Shown here piece by piece: positions 58,421 through 64,000 of a stretch of DNA of 64,000 nt. The notes under the pieces are model-generated. The model was not told the DNA's origin and searched no databases. It saw only the letters and a list, made by a program, of their open reading frames with translations. The DNA is from an uncultured candidate division Zixibacteria bacterium. GTDB lineage: Bacteria; Zixibacteria; MSB-5A5; GN15; FEB-12. The stretch is taken from NCBI GenBank assembly GCA_963664195.1, contig OY760907.1, positions 1 through 64,000 of the forward strand, given 5' to 3'. Both the position numbers and the translations under genes were made by a program. The first letter of the stretch is position 1, and each line of letters starts with the position of its first letter.

Positions 58421-59850
58421 TGTTCACCTCCGGCACCGGAACTGCCTGACTGCGGCCCCCGGAACGATGTGGTTACTTCCTCTACGATCTCGCCATTGTG
58501 GAGCACTTCAATGACAATTATGGTCGAGGAACCGTGCATGAGTTCGGCGGGCAGTGTCACAACCGCAGCCGACTCAGCATATCCTTCCGGCTTCACTCTC
58601 AGCTCCCCGCCGATCGTCTCCATTGTGCCGGCGGCCGGAGATTTCAGACGGAAAGTGATCGACAATTCTTTAAACGTCTTGTTCGCTACGTTGACCGTGT
58701 AGACATTCTGTAAGGCTCCTCCGACCGTCTCCTGACACAACGACCCCGGAGCGCGGAGGATTGTCGTCTCGACATCGGATCGGGTGGTCAAAAGAAAGGT
58801 TGACACGGCCAGCAAACCGACCAGCAGCACCGAGTAGATAGCGAGTCGCCCGGTCATCTTGAAACCGGCGCCGGACGCAATGCGAGACTCCGAGGAATAC
58901 CTTATCAACCCCTCCGGATAATCGACTTTCCGCATGGTTCGATTGCAGGCGTCGATACATGCCGTGCAGTTGACACACTCAAGCTGCGTGCCGTTGCGGA
59001 TATCGATCCCGGTCGGACAGACCGCCACGCACTGGCCACACTCGACACAGTCACCTGCATCGGCGCGCTCTTCGGTTCGGCTGAGCGGTTTGCGCGGTTC
59101 GCCGCGACGGTAATCGTAGGCCACGATAATAGAATTGCTGTCTATCAGGACCGACTGCAGACGCCCGTACGGGCACACAATCGTACATGCCTGTTCGCGG
59201 AACCAGGAGAATACGCCATAAAACAGAAAACTGAAAATGAGCATGATTACCAACCCGGCAACGTGCTCCGAGGGCGGAGCAGTGACTATCTCACGGAGAC
59301 GTTCAATGCCGATGATGTAGGCAAGAAACGTGTTGCCGACCAGAAATGATATGCCGTAGAAGACGGTATGTTTCAGTGCCCGCTTGAACAATTTCTCAGC
59401 GTTCCAATTCTGTTTTTTGAGCCGACGCTGTTTGGCGGGACCACCGTCAATCCAGAATTCAATCCGCCGAAACAGCATCTCAAGGAACACCGTCTGGGGG
59501 CATATCCAGCCGCAGAACAGGCGACCGAACACGGCGGTGAACAGGACGACAAAAACGATAAACGTAATCGTGGCGAGCACAAACAGGTGGAAGTCCTGCG
59601 GCCAGAAGGCGAGGCCAAAGATTATGAACCGACGGCCCAGGATGTCGAATAGCAGCATCGGTTCGCCGCCGAACTTGATGAACGGCGCCCCGAAAAAGAA
59701 TGCAAACAGGAAGACCGACACGATCGTGCGGGCTGTGTACAACCGGCCCTTCGGTTTGGCCGCAAATACCCACAGGCGACGGCCTGTTTCGTCGGCAGTT
59801 GCGATTTTGTCGCGATAGACGTCTCTGTCAGTGTTGTCCGTCTTGCCCAA
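58417..59850 (-). CDS. ccoG: Cytochrome c oxidase accessory ferredoxin CcoG/FixG
   Basis: GRLFCGWICPQTVF, CTIVCPYGRLQ and DCVECGQCVAVCPTGIDIRNG.QLECVNCTACIDAC. Confidence 0.95.
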   Translation of the reverse strand: MGKTDNTDRDVYRDKIATADETGRRLWVFAAKPKGRLYTARTIVSVFLFAFFFGAPFIKFGGEPMLLFDILGRRFIIFGLAFWPQDFHLFVLATITFIVFVVLFTAVFGRLFCGWICPQTVFLEMLFRRIEFWIDGGPAKQRRLKKQNWNAEKLFKRALKHTVFYGISFLVGNTFLAYIIGIERLREIVTAPPSEHVAGLVIMLIFSFLFYGVFSWFREQACTIVCPYGRLQSVLIDSNSIIVAYDYRRGEPRKPLSRTEERADAGDCVECGQCVAVCPTGIDIRNGTQLECVNCTACIDACNRTMRKVDYPEGLIRYSSESRIASGAGFKMTGRLAIYSVLLVGLLAVSTFLLTTRSDVETTILRAPGSLCQETVGGALQNVYTVNVANKTFKELSITFRLKSPAAGTMETIGGELRVKPEGYAESAAVVTLPAELMHGSSTIIVIEVLHNGEIVEEVTTSFRGPQSGSSGAGGEQ

Positions 59851-59859
59851 TACGTATCC

Positions 59860-60534
59860 TTACTGCGCGATCAATTCACCCTGCGGTGCTTTGGGGTTGG
59901 GGGGATTGGTGCCGCGCAAAGTCAGCACATGACTTGAGACGTCGATAATCTGTTCCGGCTTGAGCATGAGCCGCCAGGAAATCATCCCCTTGGAGGGGTA
60001 ACCGTATTTGACGCTCTTGACCACGTTGGACATACCGTCGCCGTGCAGCCAGTAGTCATCGGTCAGGTTGGGGCCGATGCCCCCCTCTCCAAGTTGCCCG
60101 TGACAGGTCGCGCAGTTTGCCTTAAAGATATCGGCACCGTTCATCAAACGGGCGGCATCAGTGACCGCCATATACACTACCGTATCAGTCGCGGCTGTCT
60201 GGACGGTGACGGCCATCGCCTTACCGCCCGCCAGTGCAGCTCTCCGTGGCGTCATGTCCCCCCCTTGCTTGTAGATGGGAGGATGATACGCAGGTAAGAA
60301 GCCGAGAAATTCACCGTTGGAGGCGTCGACCCGCACATAGTTGGGATTCATCGCCTGCAGGTACTCGTCTTCCTGCAAGTAACCGATTCCGAAAAGGTGG
60401 AAATACAGCATGTAGACGACGGCAAAAACGATGGAGAAGTAGAACAAGTACAACCACCAGCGGGGCAGGTTGTTGTCCATCTCCTGGATGCCGTCATACT
60501 CGTGATCGAGGATCTCTTCGTTGTACTCGGCCAT
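59860..60534 (-). CDS. ccoP: cbb3-type cytochrome c oxidase subunit III (single haem)
   Basis: HEYDGIQEMDNNLPRWW, one CATCH and GPNLTDDYWLHG. Confidence 0.92.
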   Translation of the reverse strand: MAEYNEEILDHEYDGIQEMDNNLPRWWLYLFYFSIVFAVVYMLYFHLFGIGYLQEDEYLQAMNPNYVRVDASNGEFLGFLPAYHPPIYKQGGDMTPRRAALAGGKAMAVTVQTAATDTVVYMAVTDAARLMNGADIFKANCATCHGQLGEGGIGPNLTDDYWLHGDGMSNVVKSVKYGYPSKGMISWRLMLKPEQIIDVSSHVLTLRGTNPPNPKAPQGELIAQ

Positions 60535-60536
60535 AA

Positions 60537-60746
60537 TTACTGCCTCCCCTCGATTGAAGGGTCATAATCCGATGTAACCGCGACGCTGGAATCCTCCAAG
60601 GGGATACGGCTCATTTCCAGAGCTTCCTCCCCCGTCATTCTCCAAACGTGCCAGGCGACACCGGCAAACACGATCATAAAGAGGATCAGCGAGATGATCG
60701 GGAATATCTCCACACCCGCAATTGACTGCAAAACGTCTTTGTACAT
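60537..60746 (-). CDS. ccoQ: cbb3-type cytochrome c oxidase subunit IV
   Basis: Small single-TM protein with MSRIPLED, between ccoNO and ccoP. Confidence 0.85.
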   Translation of the reverse strand: MYKDVLQSIAGVEIFPIISLILFMIVFAGVAWHVWRMTGEEALEMSRIPLEDSSVAVTSDYDPSIEGRQ

Positions 60747-60749
60747 CTC

Positions 60750-62885
60750 TTACTTCTCCTCCACGGTTTGCGGCTCACCCTTGATATCTGTTCCCAGTCG
60801 CTGCAGGTAGGCAATCAGCGCCACCATTTCGGAGGTGGAACTTACCTCAATGTTGGCATCTTTCAGTCGTCCGGTGATCTCCTGTCCCTGCTTCTTCAAG
60901 TCGGAGACAGCCCGTTGATCGTATCCCTCGGGATAAGGCACTCCGAGAGTTCTCATACCGCGTATTTTGCCCGGCGTGTTATCGAGCGCCAGTTCGTTCT
61001 CGGCCAGCCAGGGGAACGGTGGCATCAGCGAACCGGGCGACATCGAGGCCGGATCAATCATGTGACTGTAGTGCCAGGCGTCGGGGTATTTCCCTCCGAC
61101 ACGGTGCAGATCCGGTCCGGTGCGTTTGGAACCCCACAAGAACGGGTGGTCATACACAAACTCGCCGACTTTGGAGTACTCGCCGTAGCGCTCCGTTTCC
61201 GACCGGAACGGCCGGACCATCTGCGAGTGGCAGTTGTTGCATCCTTCGGCGATGTACACGTCGCGTCCCTCGAGTTCAAGCGGCGTGTACGGTTTCACAG
61301 ACTCAATCGTGGGCACATTCGACTTGACGAGAAACGTGGGAATGAACTCTACCACACCGCCGATAGTGATAGCGATTGTTGCCAGTATCAGGAACTGAAT
61401 AGGCTTGCGCTCTAACCAGCGATGATGATACGGATGTTGCTCGTCTTTCGGCCCGATCTTCTCAAGAGCCGGTGCCTCGGCAGGCTCGTTATCGAGCATC
61501 GATCCCGCTCTGACCGTCTTAAAGAGATTGAAGGCCATCATCAGCACACCAGACAAGTACAGACCACCGCCGACCGCTCTCATGATGTACATGGGCACAA
61601 TCTGGAGCACGGTTTCGAGGAAATTCGGATATTGCAGGAAGCCCTCGGGAGTGAACTGTTTCCACATCAGGCTCTGCGTAACGCCGGCGAAATACATCGG
61701 CAGCACCCAGATGAGAATACCGAGAAAACCGATCCAGAAATGGTACTCGGCCATACGTTTTGAGAAGAGCTTCGTCCTCCAGAGCTTGGGAACGAGCCAG
61801 TATAGCATGCCGAAGGTCAGAAAGCCGTTCCAGCCAAGCGCACCTACGTGCACGTGGGCAATTGTCCAATCAGTGTAGTGAGAAATGGCATTGACAGACT
61901 TCACCGCCAGCATGGGACCTTCAAAAGTAGCCATACCGTAGGCGGTAACCGCCACCACCATGAATTTGAGCACCGGATCATCGCGCACCCGATCCCATGC
62001 GCCTCGCAGTGTGAGTAACCCGTTGAGCATACCACCCCACGAGGGGGCGATAAGCATGATCGAGAATACTGTGCCGAGCGACTGTGCCCAATCAGGCAGC
62101 GAAGTGTATAGCAGATGGTGTGGACCGGCCCAGATGTAAATAAAAATCAACGACCAGAAGTGTACTATCGATAGCCGGTACGAGTAAATGGGACGATTGG
62201 CCGCTTTTGGCAGGAAGTAGTACATCAGGCCCAGGTATGGCGTGGTCAGAAAAAACGCCACCGCGTTGTGACCGTACCACCATTGCACGAGCGCATCCTG
62301 CACTCCGGCGTAAACCGGGTAGCTCTTCATGATCGACACGGGAAGTTCGATTGAGTTGACAATATGCAACACGGCTACTGTGACAAAAGTCGCGATATAA
62401 AACCAGATAGCCACATACATATGTCGTTCGCGACGCTTCAGTATGGTGGCGAACATGTTCCACCCGAAGACAACCCAGATGACAGCAATCAAGATGTCAA
62501 TCGGCCACTCCAGCTCGGCGTATTCCTTGGAAGTCGTGTACCCGGCCGGAATTGTAATAGCCGCCAGAAGAATGATCAACTGCCAGCCCCAGAAATTGAT
62601 CTTGCTGAGCAGATCGGAGGCCATGCGGGCCTTGAGCAGTCGCTGAAGCGAATAGTACATGCCCATAAACATGCCGTTGCCCACGAAGGCAAAGATCACG
62701 GCGTTGGTATGCACGGGCCGTATGTGGCTGAAAGTTGTGTAGGGAATCCCCAGATTCAGACTCGGGAGAAACAGCTGCGTCGCAGCGAGCAATCCCACGG
62801 TCATCCCTATTGCTCCCCAGAAGACAGTGGCAAACCCGAAATTCCGGACAATTCTGTTATCGTAAGCAAATGACTCGACGGCCAT
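60750..62885 (-). CDS. ccoN: Fused cbb3-type cytochrome c oxidase subunits I/II (CcoN-CcoO)
   Basis: RPVHTNAVIFAF, QWWYGHNAV, WAGPHHL and HVH, then EGCNNCHSQMVRP and WGSKRTGPDL. Confidence 0.97.
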   Translation of the reverse strand: MAVESFAYDNRIVRNFGFATVFWGAIGMTVGLLAATQLFLPSLNLGIPYTTFSHIRPVHTNAVIFAFVGNGMFMGMYYSLQRLLKARMASDLLSKINFWGWQLIILLAAITIPAGYTTSKEYAELEWPIDILIAVIWVVFGWNMFATILKRRERHMYVAIWFYIATFVTVAVLHIVNSIELPVSIMKSYPVYAGVQDALVQWWYGHNAVAFFLTTPYLGLMYYFLPKAANRPIYSYRLSIVHFWSLIFIYIWAGPHHLLYTSLPDWAQSLGTVFSIMLIAPSWGGMLNGLLTLRGAWDRVRDDPVLKFMVVAVTAYGMATFEGPMLAVKSVNAISHYTDWTIAHVHVGALGWNGFLTFGMLYWLVPKLWRTKLFSKRMAEYHFWIGFLGILIWVLPMYFAGVTQSLMWKQFTPEGFLQYPNFLETVLQIVPMYIMRAVGGGLYLSGVLMMAFNLFKTVRAGSMLDNEPAEAPALEKIGPKDEQHPYHHRWLERKPIQFLILATIAITIGGVVEFIPTFLVKSNVPTIESVKPYTPLELEGRDVYIAEGCNNCHSQMVRPFRSETERYGEYSKVGEFVYDHPFLWGSKRTGPDLHRVGGKYPDAWHYSHMIDPASMSPGSLMPPFPWLAENELALDNTPGKIRGMRTLGVPYPEGYDQRAVSDLKKQGQEITGRLKDANIEVSSTSEMVALIAYLQRLGTDIKGEPQTVEEK

Positions 62886-62899
62886 ACAGAGGCCTCCTG

Positions 62900-63064
62900 C
62901 TATCTATCGCGATTCTTCCGTTTCGTTCTTGGTTCAAACAACATGCGCATTGCCGGCGTGAACAGATCATCGAACTGTCCGCTCTTGAGGGCGAAGAAGA
63001 ACGCGATCAGGAAGCCGGTCGCCACGATCAGCGAAAAACCTATCAGAAGGATCATCACTTCCAT
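62900..63064 (-). CDS. ccoS: cbb3-type oxidase maturation protein (54 aa, not in ORF track)
   Basis: MEVMILLIGFSLIVATGFLIAFFFALKSGQFDDLFTPAMRMLFE... Confidence 0.9.
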   Translation of the reverse strand: MEVMILLIGFSLIVATGFLIAFFFALKSGQFDDLFTPAMRMLFEPRTKRKNRDR

Positions 63065-64000
63065 GACTGAATCACTCCGTGCCTGCGAGCGGCGACAGCG
63101 CTGGCGACAGTCGCAAAAAGCACAACCGTCACCGAACTTGCCGGCATAAGAATAGCCGCCACCAGAGGTGACAGCAGTCCCTGCACCGCAAACGCCAGCC
63201 CGACTACGTTATAAAGAACTGATAACACAAAACTTGCTTTGATAATGGTCACACTGCTCCGCGCCAGCGCCACAAAATCAGGGAGCAGCGAGAAACTCTC
63301 AGCCTGAAGGATACCGTCGCACGCAGGAGAAAACGCCGAGGCATCCTCGGCAATCGCGATTCCGACCGTTGCGGCCCGTAGCGCACCGGCATCGTTGAGA
63401 CCATCGCCGATCATCAGAACCTTCTCTCCGCTTTTTCTGAGACTTCTCACATGGTCCAGCTTGTCGTGAGGGGATTGACGGAACCTGAGGTCGGCGTCGG
63501 GGCCGAACAACTCGGTCAGCCGGGAGCGTTCGGCGTCGTGGTCGCCGGAAATCAGCCCCAGTTTCATTCTCTTGCCGAGGCTGGCGAGGACATTCGCGAG
63601 TCCGGGGCGAAGATGATTAGCCAGTCTGAAGTAGCCGATCGTCTCGCCCGCGATTGACACATAGACCCGGGTTTCGCCGTCGGCGTTTTGACCAGATGTG
63701 TTTTCCGCACCAACCCACGACGCCGCGCCGACACGGACAACAGCGTCACCAACCGTTGCAGACAGCCCTTTGCCGGGTTCCTCGATGAAATCCGTGACCG
63801 TTCGCGATTCGTGTTCGAGCAGATTGCGGGCCAGCATAACTGAAAGCGGATGCGTGGAATGACGCACAACCGAAAACACCAGGCGTTCTCGCTCAGGAGT
63901 CAGAGGTTCTCCGGTCCAAATCGGGGTTGTCTCCCCCGCTCGCGTAAGCGTGCCGGTCTTGTCGAAGACTGCTGATGTGATTCCGGCCAGGCGTTCAACC
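63055..64000 (-). CDS. ccoI: Cu-translocating P1B-type ATPase CcoI/FixI (3' part only)
   Basis: FDKTGTLT near 63945-63969, HP, SGD, GDGLNDAGAL, YN and AAILMPASS. Confidence 0.93.
   Translation of the reverse strand, partial: VERLAGITSAVFDKTGTLTRAGETTPIWTGEPLTPERERLVFSVVRHSTHPLSVMLARNLLEHESRTVTDFIEEPGKGLSATVGDAVVRVGAASWVGAENTSGQNADGETRVYVSIAGETIGYFRLANHLRPGLANVLASLGKRMKLGLISGDHDAERSRLTELFGPDADLRFRQSPHDKLDHVRSLRKSGEKVLMIGDGLNDAGALRAATVGIAIAEDASAFSPACDGILQAESFSLLPDFVALARSSVTIIKASFVLSVLYNVVGLAFAVQGLLSPLVAAILMPASSVTVVLFATVASAVAARRHGVIQSWK

Overview
Bacterial chromosomal window, moderately GC-rich, with no rRNA, tRNA, CRISPR array or intact transposase that I can see. The domain repertoire suggests an FCB-affiliated lineage such as candidate division Zixibacteria (inference): Cys-flanked dockerin-like C-termini, an 'NYPNPFNP' C-terminal sorting domain and a Bacteroidetes-style fused ccoNO operon. 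Housekeeping blocks are an aldolase-aminotransferase-like-folB-folK-dNK-panB operon (1-4228), an ECF sigma/envelope-stress cluster next to an HtrA pair (16.4-23.3 kb), Mn-SOD, a GT4, a DUF2723 GT-C, a 5xPAS-LuxR regulator and a cbb3 oxidase operon (57.2-64 kb, ccoI cut by the window edge). The dominant unusual feature is a set of 11 minus-strand secreted-protein genes ending in the same ~75-aa dockerin-like module (CC..GNVDxSxDxxVTMGDL..IDHLFI..CP). Four of them (two papain-like, one C25-like, one FG-GAP) carry a shared PKD-cohesin-like-dockerin cassette. There is also a cohesin+dockerin 'adaptor' and a cohesin+sorting-domain 'anchor', which together look like a cellulosome-like but protease-loaded surface assembly. 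Other observations: an exact 230-bp duplication limited to the dockerin module, a 537-bp conversion-like tract between two disrupted metalloprotease paralogs, three apparent pseudo-enzymes, an unannotated orphan PEP-CTERM tail, GTAG-type REP/REPIN elements and an operon of small ORFans downstream of the LuxR regulator.
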